This document shows, piece after piece, positions 8,919-18,205 of a stretch of 64,000 nt of DNA (position 1 is its first letter; each line of letters opens with the position of its first letter). The notes under the pieces are model-generated. The model was not told the DNA's origin. It did not search any database and saw nothing but the letters and a program-made list of their open reading frames with translations. The position numbers and the translations under genes were made by a program. The DNA is taken from positions 4,092,001 to 4,156,000 of the forward strand of contig CDROCS010000253.1 of assembly GCA_977020255.1 (NCBI GenBank), in the 5' to 3' direction. The stretch is from Obrimoposthia wandeli. Lineage: Eukaryota.

Positions 8919-10655
8919 TTATTGTTGGTAGATGACTTCACCATTAAATACCGTCATAACTATTTTTGTTTGGTTAATATTTTTTGGTTCAATATCGAAT
9001 AGACTTCTATCTAAAATAACAAAGTCTGCAAGTTTACCGACCTCAATACTACCTACTTTATCTTCTTGTCTCATAACGTAAGCGCCATTAAGAGTATAAG
9101 CTTTGATAGCTTTGGTTAAGGTTAGCGCTTGAGGTGCTCTGGTCACTGCATTTTGTAAGCCTATAAATGGATTAAAAGGACTGACATTCCAATCACTGCT
9201 TAACGTAACACGTGCTCCTGCAGCGTCTAATGATTTAATAGGTACTGCGTTATCAGATCTTACAGCACCAATTAATTCGTCATTTTCATGCCAATGTTCA
9301 GGGTTAGTAAAATTCCCTGCAACTTGTGCATCCGCGGTAACATTTAATTGTGCAAAGCGTGGAATATCTGCTGGGTCAATTATTTCCACATGGGTAATTC
9401 TATGACGTCCTTTATCGCTCCCTGAGTTTTCTATTGCATTAAGCGCTTCTCTAATGCCACGGTCACCGATGGCATGTATGTGAAAATCAAAACCTGTTGG
9501 CTCTAGTGCCGTTATATATTGCTCAATACGTTCTTGTGAGAAGTAATTGAGGCCTTTATTCTCAGGAAGTCCGATTAAATCAATATTGTATTGAGCTAAC
9601 ATCGCCGAAGTTCCGTTTACAATGATGCCATCTGAATATAATTTAATTTGATTAAATTTTAATAAGCTGTCTGATTCATTGGTATATAGTTTTTTTAAAG
9701 CTGCTAATTGTTTAGTATCATCTGACGTTGGATATGCCCAAAGCCCTACCGCAACACGCGCGGTTAATACATCATTTTTCTGCGCTGTAAGCCATGTTTT
9801 ATGATCATCTCTTTTCCAAAAACTTCTCGCATCACTGATCGAAGTAATGCCATGTTTAGCTAGCTCGGGTAAGGTATATTCAATTAAGCCATCGTAATCA
9901 TTTTGCAAACTTTGACTTGTTGGTGTCATCGCTATATCCATAACCATGTTGCCAGCGTTATCAATTAATATGCCGTTCAATTCACCCGTATTTTCATCAC
10001 GTAAAATTCTTCCGCCTGTTGGGTGCGGCGTGTTTTTAGTAAAACCCGCTAAGGCAAGTGCTGCTGAATTGACCCACATAGAATGAGAGGTTTGTTCCAT
10101 AATAATAACCGGGCGATCAGATACGGCTTCATCAATAATAGTTAAGGGCGAACGCACTGATTCAAGTAAGGTAAAAATAGAATGTCCGTAACCGATTAAC
10201 CACCCTTTACCAGGATTCTCTTGTGATGCCTTTTTAATACTTTGAATAAAATTTTCAGAGTTCTGTTCATCAACACTGATAGCAAATTGCGTATTCTCTG
10301 AAGCCGATTCAATCGGATGCATGTGTACATCATGAAAGCCCGGCATCATCATCTTTCCAGATAAGTCGGTAACGGTAGTAGAAGAATCAACATAAGCTTG
10401 TACATTGTCATTACTGCCAACAAAAATGATTTTATTATCTTTTATTGCGACCGCATCAGCCCACTCTTGTTGATCATTTACTGTATACACTTTGCCATTT
10501 TTGAAAACTTGTGTTGCCATCTCAGTTGTTGGATTTTTTGGCATTACTTTTGTCTGCTTGGTTTTGCTGCCTGAACTACCACAGCCCACGAATAAGAGGC
10601 TTGATACCATCAACATCGTTATGATTTTCGATCTATTTTTACTTAATTTATTCAT
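8919..10655 (-). CDS. Amidohydrolase_3 (YtcJ-like) metal-dependent hydrolase, probable lipoprotein
   Basis: PGFHDVHMH, KLYSDG, HIHAIGDRG, RHRITHVE, LSSDW motifs; N-terminal hydrophobic stretch ending LFVGC (lipobox-like). Confidence 0.9.
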   Translation of the reverse strand: MNKLSKNRSKIITMLMVSSLLFVGCGSSGSKTKQTKVMPKNPTTEMATQVFKNGKVYTVNDQQEWADAVAIKDNKIIFVGSNDNVQAYVDSSTTVTDLSGKMMMPGFHDVHMHPIESASENTQFAISVDEQNSENFIQSIKKASQENPGKGWLIGYGHSIFTLLESVRSPLTIIDEAVSDRPVIIMEQTSHSMWVNSAALALAGFTKNTPHPTGGRILRDENTGELNGILIDNAGNMVMDIAMTPTSQSLQNDYDGLIEYTLPELAKHGITSISDARSFWKRDDHKTWLTAQKNDVLTARVAVGLWAYPTSDDTKQLAALKKLYTNESDSLLKFNQIKLYSDGIIVNGTSAMLAQYNIDLIGLPENKGLNYFSQERIEQYITALEPTGFDFHIHAIGDRGIREALNAIENSGSDKGRHRITHVEIIDPADIPRFAQLNVTADAQVAGNFTNPEHWHENDELIGAVRSDNAVPIKSLDAAGARVTLSSDWNVSPFNPFIGLQNAVTRAPQALTLTKAIKAYTLNGAYVMRQEDKVGSIEVGKLADFVILDRSLFDIEPKNINQTKIVMTVFNGEVIYQQ

Positions 10656-10788
10656 TTAGGTACTTCCCTCAATAATGCGTTAATTCATTTGCTGGTAATT
10701 AGTTTAACCAATGTTAGGTAACCAAAAGGTAACGGGCCTAGCTTTGCCATGTGTTAACCTTATACCAATTCCATCACAAGGCTGAGTT

Positions 10789-11460
10789 ATGTTGATATTG
10801 TTAGTTGAAGATGAATCTGATCTTGCCGAATTGACTATTGATTTTCTTGAAACGCTTAACATGGAATGTGACTATGCATTTGATGGTGCCAATGCGCTGA
10901 CTTTAATAAATAAAAATCATTATGATGTTATTGTACTTGATGTAAACATGCCAAGACTGGACGGTTTTAGCGTATGTGAAAGAGTTCGTGCACAGGGTAA
11001 TTCAACCCCTATTATTTTTCTAACTGCGCACGATAGCTTGGCTGACAAGCTTAACGGCTTCTCTCTAGGTGCTGATGATTATTTAACTAAACCTTTTGAG
11101 TTAGAAGAGTTAGCGGTAAGAATTCAACTGCTCGCTAACCGCAAAACTAAAATATCGATAACAGAACTGTTTTCTTTAAATTCATTATCAATAGATTATC
11201 AAAAACGCCGTGTTAGTCGTTCTGACCGTTTAATTGCACTCTCCCCTACTCAATGGCAATTACTGGTGTTACTTGCAAAGCATAGTCCCAATGTTGTTGA
11301 TCGTATGACCATAGAAAATGAAATATGGCCTGACCAAACACCCAGTAAAGACATGCTAAAAACGTTAATATTTAGATTAAGGAATTTAGTAGATAGTACC
11401 CATGAAGCTAAGTTAGTTCATACCATTCGTGGTGCGGGGATATCGTTAAAAGAAGACTAA
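10789..11460 (+). CDS. OmpR-family response regulator
   Basis: LLVEDE, VLDVNMP, DDYLTKPF receiver motifs plus winged-helix C-terminus (HTIRGAG). Confidence 0.95.
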   Translation: MLILLVEDESDLAELTIDFLETLNMECDYAFDGANALTLINKNHYDVIVLDVNMPRLDGFSVCERVRAQGNSTPIIFLTAHDSLADKLNGFSLGADDYLTKPFELEELAVRIQLLANRKTKISITELFSLNSLSIDYQKRRVSRSDRLIALSPTQWQLLVLLAKHSPNVVDRMTIENEIWPDQTPSKDMLKTLIFRLRNLVDSTHEAKLVHTIRGAGISLKED

Positions 11461-11500
11461 AACAATACAATGTACATAAGTAAATTAGTGAGTAAAACAC

Positions 11501-12880
11501 ATGATTAGCCAGTCCAAAAATTCATTGCATCAATTTTTAAATCAGCGCTATTTAGCAATATTAATTTTATTAATCATGCTGTTTAGTGTCGTTATTTTAT
11601 TTATGCGTTATAGCGCTATGGATGATACGACAGATTACTATATGCAGTATGACGCGCAAGTGCTGAGTGAGTATTATCAAGTAACGGATGATATTGTTGA
11701 ATTTGATGCTGGACGTAAAGAGTTTTATTGGGGTGTAAGCCGCTTACCTAAACGTTATCAATTATTATTGGAGCTTAATGATGACCACACTAGCCTAGTA
11801 CTCAATGAGACAAGAATATATCAACTGGCTGATAAAATTGTTTATCTTTTGCCTTACGATTCGGTTGAAAAAAAAGAAGTCTTCTTTGTTTTGCACTTGT
11901 TTGATGTAGAAAGTGAGGCCATGTTCTATCAGTCTTGGCAGAACGTTTTTATCTTGTTAGTTGCCTTACTTTTATTATTCGTTATTTTTTATAGTTTACA
12001 TACTAATAGACAAATAACCCGACAAATGGCAGATTTTTCTGTTTGGGTTCAAGCAATGAGTCACCTTGACTACGCTGAACTACAACGACAAAAAACACCT
12101 GAATCGATAAGCTTTAAAGAGCTAATTAACACGGCTAATTCCTTACAAGCTAGTTTATTAACTCAATATGATTTACAACATAAAGAACAAGTATTGTTAA
12201 CACGAGAAAAACATTTTCTTAGCTGCTTAAGTCATGAATTAAGAACGCCGATGGCAATTATTGCGGCGGCACTGACACTGTTGAATAAAAGTGATGCAAT
12301 AACAACTAAAGATAGAAGTAAGCTGGTAAAGCTGAACAAGGCTCATCTGAATATGAAACAGTTGACTAATACCTTACTACAACTTTGGCGCGGACAGCAA
12401 GATTCATCTCAAAGCAACATACAGAGTGAGCTACAAAATAAACTACAACATAAGATATTTCTATTAGATGAATTAGTCGAAAATTCAGTGTCGGCTTGTC
12501 AGCAACATTTTTCTAAAAGAAGCATTTCCTTCGCGGTAAATATGCAGGGTAATACAAGGTTATTCAGTCATTTAGAACTAGCAGATATTTTAATCAGTAA
12601 CTTATTACGAAATGCTTGCCAATACAGTGTCGATGGTAAGATAAATGTTGATATAAATAGCCATTGTTTATTTATTGAAAATGACATTTTAGAGGTGAAT
12701 GCAGCTGGGAACATAACGACAAAACTTGATGAGTCGGATATTACCTACGGTTATGGTATAGGACTCTTTTTGGCTGAAGCAATTTGCCAGCAACAGAACT
12801 GGCAGTTAAAAATCACATCAAAAGCACAACTATTTACAGTACAAGTGATATTTCATGATGTACAAAAAAATCAAGCCTAG
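11501..12880 (+). CDS. Sensor histidine kinase
   Basis: Two TM segments, H-box SHELRTPM, N-box NLLRNA, G-box GYGIGL. Confidence 0.93.
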   Translation: MISQSKNSLHQFLNQRYLAILILLIMLFSVVILFMRYSAMDDTTDYYMQYDAQVLSEYYQVTDDIVEFDAGRKEFYWGVSRLPKRYQLLLELNDDHTSLVLNETRIYQLADKIVYLLPYDSVEKKEVFFVLHLFDVESEAMFYQSWQNVFILLVALLLLFVIFYSLHTNRQITRQMADFSVWVQAMSHLDYAELQRQKTPESISFKELINTANSLQASLLTQYDLQHKEQVLLTREKHFLSCLSHELRTPMAIIAAALTLLNKSDAITTKDRSKLVKLNKAHLNMKQLTNTLLQLWRGQQDSSQSNIQSELQNKLQHKIFLLDELVENSVSACQQHFSKRSISFAVNMQGNTRLFSHLELADILISNLLRNACQYSVDGKINVDINSHCLFIENDILEVNAAGNITTKLDESDITYGYGIGLFLAEAICQQQNWQLKITSKAQLFTVQVIFHDVQKNQA

Positions 12881-12983
12881 GTTAAAGATATTAGTCTGAA
12901 TATATTATCTTTAGCCTAGGCTTGTGGATGAGTAATCGAAGGAGCAAAACTTGGTTCACTCTCTCATTAAGTAAGTCAGTCAT

Positions 12984-13787
12984 TTACTGTTGAATAAATT
13001 CTTGTTTTATTAATATGCCATCATCTAACCACATAAGCAGATAGTTTAAGGCAACTTGGCTTGCTTCATCTTCATTCACTTCTTCGAGTAAAAAATCACA
13101 TAAAGCGGTAAAGCTTGCGCCATTTAAAATCATAGTAATAAGATTGTATTCTTGTGCTGGCAAGGAACGAAATTGCGTTAAACGATCATTATTTCGCCAA
13201 AGCAACCAGTTGCTGTGCTGTGCTTTTGCTGGCTCAGGTGATTGCTCTTGTTTTAGGGCTTGCCAAGTTTCCACACTATTGTAATGAAAATGCGCCAGTT
13301 GCACACTTGGGTGAAAACGAAAAACTAAATCAGGCCACTGTTCAGGCGGGGTATTTGCGAGCAAATCACGGGTAAATCGGGTTGCGTCAGCCGCATCAAA
13401 AGCCACCATAAGTAAGCGTTCAAAATGAGCTAATTCGCTAATAATAGGGTGATCTTTAAAGGGTGCGTTATTGGCCAAAAACAAAGGTAATTTATCAGCG
13501 AAATATCTAAGCGAGGTATTATCAGAAGGGTAAGCGTTAATATAACCTAACACCATTTGGTCAAATAAATCATCACCAAGGAAAAATCCTAACATTTCAT
13601 GGTCGTTTTCAATGGTTTCTTTGAGTCTTACTTGGTAAGCGTTTTTGTATATATGCAGGCGAACATCACGGGTAATGTTGCCATGGTCCTTAATCTGATC
13701 CCTTATTTTAGTGGTAACAGCGGGATCGTCATCCACTAAGTAATTAATTAATTTTTGCTGTAATGAAGCTAACGGTAATTTATCCAC
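12984..13787 (-). CDS. DUF2063-type MNIO partner protein (BufC/HvfC-like)
   Basis: RLHIYKNAYQVRL and ELAHFERLL, C-terminal LLWR...QFR; directly downstream of the DUF692 gene. Confidence 0.85.
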   Translation of the reverse strand: MDKLPLASLQQKLINYLVDDDPAVTTKIRDQIKDHGNITRDVRLHIYKNAYQVRLKETIENDHEMLGFFLGDDLFDQMVLGYINAYPSDNTSLRYFADKLPLFLANNAPFKDHPIISELAHFERLLMVAFDAADATRFTRDLLANTPPEQWPDLVFRFHPSVQLAHFHYNSVETWQALKQEQSPEPAKAQHSNWLLWRNNDRLTQFRSLPAQEYNLITMILNGASFTALCDFLLEEVNEDEASQVALNYLLMWLDDGILIKQEFIQQ

Positions 13788-14720
13788 TTACGTTATTTTC
13801 TCCTGTTGCTGTAATTGCTCCAGTTGCCCTAACGTGGCGTAAGCAATATTTCGTGCCGTTTCAACTTCTGTTAATAACTCAGCCAAAGGGGGAATGTTAT
13901 CATCGCGTTCAATCATGGTACTTACCCAGCCAAACCTTTCCAGTGCTTGTTTATATAGAGCCCAAACAGGATCAGCAACCGGATGGTCATGGGTATCGAT
14001 AACATAATTTCCGTAATCGGTATGCCCTGCTAAATGAAATTGTTTCACCTTGTCTTTGTCGATACCTTCAAGATAATCTTGCGGCTTAAAGTCATGATTT
14101 CGTGCACTGACATAAATATTATTAATATCTAATAATATGTTACAACCAGAACGACGAGCAACTTGATTAAAAAATTCCCACTCACTCATTTCTGATTCTT
14201 TATAAGTGATGTAGCTTGATAAGTTTTCTAAAAGAATAGGACGCCCTAAAAAGTTTTGTACTTGATCTACACGGTCACAAACATGATTCAGTGCTTCTTC
14301 GTTATAAGGTAAAGGCAGTAGATCATGGCTATTAGTTTGATTAACGCCAGTCCAACACAGGTGATCAGATATCCATTGTGGCTGTAACTCATTTACTAGG
14401 ACTTTTAACTTTCGTAAATACTGCATATTTAACGGATCAGTTGAGCCTATAGACAAGGATACCCCGTGCATTACCATAGGGTAAAGCTCACGAATTGCGT
14501 GTAAATAGTGTTTGGGCTTGCCACCGTCAACCATAAAATTTTCAGAAACAACTTCAAACCAGTCAATATCAGGTTTAGTTGATAACACATCTTGAAAATG
14601 ATCTGTTCTTAGCCCTAGACCAAAGCCGAGGAAGTCATCCGGTGGAGCGATACTATCAACAGCGCTAGAGAGTGAAAACTCTCTAGCGCTAGCTTGATTT
14701 TTTATCAAGTTATGAACCAA
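13788..14720 (-). CDS. DUF692 multinuclear non-heme iron oxidative enzyme (MNIO; BufB/HvfB-like)
   Basis: GLGLR, WFEVVSENF, MHGVSLSIG, SDHLCW, LLENLSSY, LLDINNIYV, FHLAGH, IDTHD, MIERD. Confidence 0.95.
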   Translation of the reverse strand: MVHNLIKNQASAREFSLSSAVDSIAPPDDFLGFGLGLRTDHFQDVLSTKPDIDWFEVVSENFMVDGGKPKHYLHAIRELYPMVMHGVSLSIGSTDPLNMQYLRKLKVLVNELQPQWISDHLCWTGVNQTNSHDLLPLPYNEEALNHVCDRVDQVQNFLGRPILLENLSSYITYKESEMSEWEFFNQVARRSGCNILLDINNIYVSARNHDFKPQDYLEGIDKDKVKQFHLAGHTDYGNYVIDTHDHPVADPVWALYKQALERFGWVSTMIERDDNIPPLAELLTEVETARNIAYATLGQLEQLQQQEKIT

Positions 14721-15195
14721 CAGTGCCGCCTACATCATCACAAGTATTTGCTGGTAATGCGACAAAACCATGGCCTTTACAAACGGCTTGACCTTTACAG
14801 GCATTTTCAGCTGTTTTACAGTCATTATGACCACTACATTTGTTTACGCCGTAACAATGCGTTAATTCAGCTGTGTTAACGACACCACGCCAATCATCTT
14901 GTACCTTTCCGCCAATGTCATCACACGTTTTAGTCGACATAGCAACAAAACCATGTCCCTTACATACTGCTTGACCTTTACAGGCATTTTCAGCCGTTTT
15001 ACAGTCGTTATGACCATTACATTTATTTACGCCGTAACAATGCGCCATTTCAACGGTATTGGTTGCGCTAGTTTTAGCTGTTTTAGTACTTGAGTCGCCT
15101 GCAACTGCAGTACATCCCATTAAGCCTGCAACCGCTAATGCTACTGCGGTACCTTGAAGCTTTGTTTTAGTGCTCTGATTCATTGTATTCTCCAT
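14710..15195 (-). CDS. Cys-rich exported RiPP precursor with two tandem bufferin (BufA2-like) domains; probable start at 15183
   Basis: Signal-like N-terminus, then HCYGVNKCxGHNDCKTAENACKGQAVCKGHGFV...TCDD twice with a 61-aa (183-bp) period. GGAGA RBS precedes the ATG at 15183. Confidence 0.88.
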   Translation of the reverse strand: MENTMNQSTKTKLQGTAVALAVAGLMGCTAVAGDSSTKTAKTSATNTVEMAHCYGVNKCNGHNDCKTAENACKGQAVCKGHGFVAMSTKTCDDIGGKVQDDWRGVVNTAELTHCYGVNKCSGHNDCKTAENACKGQAVCKGHGFVALPANTCDDVGGTVGS

Positions 15196-15514
15196 TATTT
15201 TTAGACATTTATTTTTTATAGATCAGGCCACATTTTGCTTTAAGCTAAGTTACATAAATTACCTATGAATCATGTTCAGTTTAAATAAAAATATTGCCTA
15301 CAGCACCTTTAACCTTAGTTCAAGATCATCATTTTCTTAAAATAATTATGACCAATTATAAAAGTTACCACCTAATTTGACCTGCTAATCTATTTATAAC
15401 TTTCATTTTTATTTGAATAATAAATTTATATTTTTATGAAATTTTAGAGCCCGTTTACCGTTCGGTACGTAAAAGTAACAGCGTAATAAAGAGAGTCTTT
15501 TGTGCAACAATAAA

Positions 15515-16726
15515 TTAAATTTTTAACTTTCTCACTAATAGAGGCGTGGTTGTTGCTTGAACGATAAGGGTAAAAAGTACCATGCCAAATCCTATAGATT
15601 GTATCGTCCACCAATAGGGTAACTCGGTAGGTAATGACAATACTAAAGCAATGGTAACTGCTCCGCGTAATCCTCCCCAAATCATGATAGGTGGGTATTT
15701 TGGATTAATCGGCTGCCCTATAGTGAGATGATTTAACCAAACAGAAAAATATACGGCAATGACACGCGCAATAAAAGCTCCCACTATCGCTAATATTATT
15801 GCCAGCCACATTTGGGTAAACATAGTAAGACTGACCACTAATCCCAGCAATACAAAAACAAAAATATTGGCAATGAAGCCAAGTGATTCCCATATATTGT
15901 GCAATCCTGCGTGAACGTCTTTTAGCTGATGATGTGCTGCTTTTTTTAGCAGTAAAGCGGCGAACATAACGGCGACAATACCTGATACATGAAATAAGTG
16001 TTCAGCGATGTAGAAAGTCCCATAGGCTAGAAACAGTGTGATAATGACCATATGTGGTACAGATATATCAATTAACCTAACCACAAGTGCTGCAATATAT
16101 CCCAGCACACTACCCACAATAATACCGCCAAAAAAGACTTGGCTAAACGTTAAAAGAGCTGACGTTAGATTTGGCTCACTTTGGCCTAAAGCAATACTGA
16201 GAATTATACTAAATAAAACAATGGCCGTTGCATCATTAAATAAGCTCTCCCCTTCGATTAACACGTTTAAATCATCAGGCGCTTTTAACGCTTTTAATTG
16301 ACCGACAACAGCAACTGGGTCTGTTGCTGAAATAACCACGCCTGTTAATAAAGCGGCGATAAAAGGAAAACCTGGGTGTGCTATGCCAAAATAAAGAAAA
16401 ACAGCGATAACAAGCGTAGAAATGATCAAGCCGAGGGTCGCCAGTGTTAGTACGTTGGGTAAATATTTGAACAAAAGTTTACTGTTCAAAGCAAAAGCCG
16501 CTTCAAATATTAATACTGGCAGTAGTATAAATAACATTAAGTCTTGGAAGTTACTGGCACGTACGCCGGTATCTATACCAAACGCTACCGTGAATAAGGA
16601 TAAGACAAATCCGAGTATGACTAATAATAATGTGTAGGGAATTCGTATAAAACGAGCAAGGACAATAGCAAAAACACCAACGGCTAAAATTAGCAAGGTA
16701 ATAGAAACAATCATGTGAATATTCAT
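15515..16726 (-). CDS. Cation:proton antiporter (CPA1/Na+/H+ exchanger family)
   Basis: Multi-TM; SATDPVAV, EGESLFNDATA, WGGLRGAV motifs. Confidence 0.93.
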   Translation of the reverse strand: MNIHMIVSITLLILAVGVFAIVLARFIRIPYTLLLVILGFVLSLFTVAFGIDTGVRASNFQDLMLFILLPVLIFEAAFALNSKLLFKYLPNVLTLATLGLIISTLVIAVFLYFGIAHPGFPFIAALLTGVVISATDPVAVVGQLKALKAPDDLNVLIEGESLFNDATAIVLFSIILSIALGQSEPNLTSALLTFSQVFFGGIIVGSVLGYIAALVVRLIDISVPHMVIITLFLAYGTFYIAEHLFHVSGIVAVMFAALLLKKAAHHQLKDVHAGLHNIWESLGFIANIFVFVLLGLVVSLTMFTQMWLAIILAIVGAFIARVIAVYFSVWLNHLTIGQPINPKYPPIMIWGGLRGAVTIALVLSLPTELPYWWTIQSIGFGMVLFTLIVQATTTPLLVRKLKI

Positions 16727-16933
16727 AGCTTATTTATCCCCCTCTTGCATTATCATCAATTTTTTTGAATCTTTATGAGGTATAGCTAAGCTTAGTCGAT
16801 ATAGCAAAATGCAGCGATTGGAGAGTATGTGTTGAGTGTTTTTTGAATTATTTTAGGTATAAAAAAAGCTCCAATGATATTGAAGCTTGGGATGTCGGTG
16901 TTTTAATCGATATATAATTAGACGTTCATATCA

Positions 16934-17473
16934 CTACTTAATTAAGACCAGTATTTCTTTAAATACGGGTATTCGGCAGTCTTTAACCAGTTCAAATAAA
17001 CACATTTCTAATCCCGTTAACTCTACGCCATGGTTAACAAGTTTGTTTATGCCCAAATTTTTATTCTCAAGCGTTCGTGAAGAAACACAGTCAGAAACTA
17101 ATTGCACCCCAAATCCCATCTGCTTTAGACTTAACGCTGTCTGATAAACACAAATATGTGCCTCAATACCGCAAATAATCCAGGTATCTACATTAGCGGC
17201 TTTAACCGCTGCTATAAATTGAGCGTCTGCACAGCCATCAAAAGTGTATTTTACAATGGGTTTTTGTGGCTCAAGTAATGAACTCAGTTCTTCAACCGTT
17301 GGGCCAATTTTCTCTGGATTTTGTTCAAGCCATAATATCGGTAAATCAAGCGCTTGCACACCTTTGATAAGCTTTTCACAATTGGAAACTAACGTATTAC
17401 TCTCATGGACTAAACGCGTCAATTTACCTTGAATATCTACAACAATCAGACCGGTATTTTCTTTTTTTAACAT
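16934..17473 (-). CDS. Isochorismatase-family hydrolase
   Basis: IVVDIQGKL, KYTF, GIEAHICVYQTA motifs. Confidence 0.92.
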   Translation of the reverse strand: MLKKENTGLIVVDIQGKLTRLVHESNTLVSNCEKLIKGVQALDLPILWLEQNPEKIGPTVEELSSLLEPQKPIVKYTFDGCADAQFIAAVKAANVDTWIICGIEAHICVYQTALSLKQMGFGVQLVSDCVSSRTLENKNLGINKLVNHGVELTGLEMCLFELVKDCRIPVFKEILVLIK

Positions 17474-17571
17474 AATAAGCTCCTTGGGTTATCCCCTTAT
17501 AATGTCCCTTTAAACGGACAAATAGCTAGCTTTATTGCCTTGCAGAACAGAATTAAACTGTTTAGAGTCTT

Positions 17572-18069
17572 CTATTTAGTAGGCGACATAGTATCTGGCA
17601 TCAATACCGCGATAACTTGCCCTTTTGAGCAGATAACATCATTGGCCGATAGCGTTATATCAACAACAATCTTACGATCTTTAACTTGACTAAAACGTCC
17701 GATTAATTCCAACTCAACACCTTGTGGTGTCGGTGCTAAAAAACTAACATTTAACGCGCCAGTGACGAATCGTAATGCAGGCGAACTGCCCATTTCACGA
17801 TTTTGTGCAAGATAAGCCATAGCTGAGGCACTGCCCGTGCCATGACAGTCAATCAATGAGGCTGTCATGCCGCCATAAACAAAACCAGGAATCGCGGTAA
17901 AAATATCAGCAGGTGTAAAACGCGCAATAGTAACACTAGCTAACAAATCATTCTTATCAATATGCTGCCAGTAACTTTTTAACTGGTGACCATCTTGATT
18001 ATTTTTACCACAGCCATAACAATGACTTAACTCTTCAGGGTAACAATCTTGGAAAGCTTGTTCGTTCAT
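17572..18069 (-). CDS. PaaI-family (hotdog) thioesterase
   Basis: CYGCG, GFVYGGMTASLIDCH, FVTGALNVSFLAPTP. Confidence 0.9.
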   Translation of the reverse strand: MNEQAFQDCYPEELSHCYGCGKNNQDGHQLKSYWQHIDKNDLLASVTIARFTPADIFTAIPGFVYGGMTASLIDCHGTGSASAMAYLAQNREMGSSPALRFVTGALNVSFLAPTPQGVELELIGRFSQVKDRKIVVDITLSANDVICSKGQVIAVLMPDTMSPTK

Positions 18070-18205
18070 AAGAGACCTTATTTAATTTGATGAGCAACAT
18101 AGACAAATAATGAGTGAAAATTTGCCGATGCTGATGGTTTTAGGATAATTTCACTTTTGATAAAGTGATAGATAAAATCGTTGCTAAAAGATTAGTAACG
18201 CTAAC

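Noticed and set aside
14764-15044. 183-bp tandem repeat as a possible CRISPR-like or mobile repeat
   Set aside because: Explained by the in-frame domain duplication of the RiPP precursor.
15196-15514. ECF-type promoter for the RiPP cluster
   Set aside because: A TGTAAC -35-like hexamer is present on the minus strand but no matching -10 at the expected spacing.
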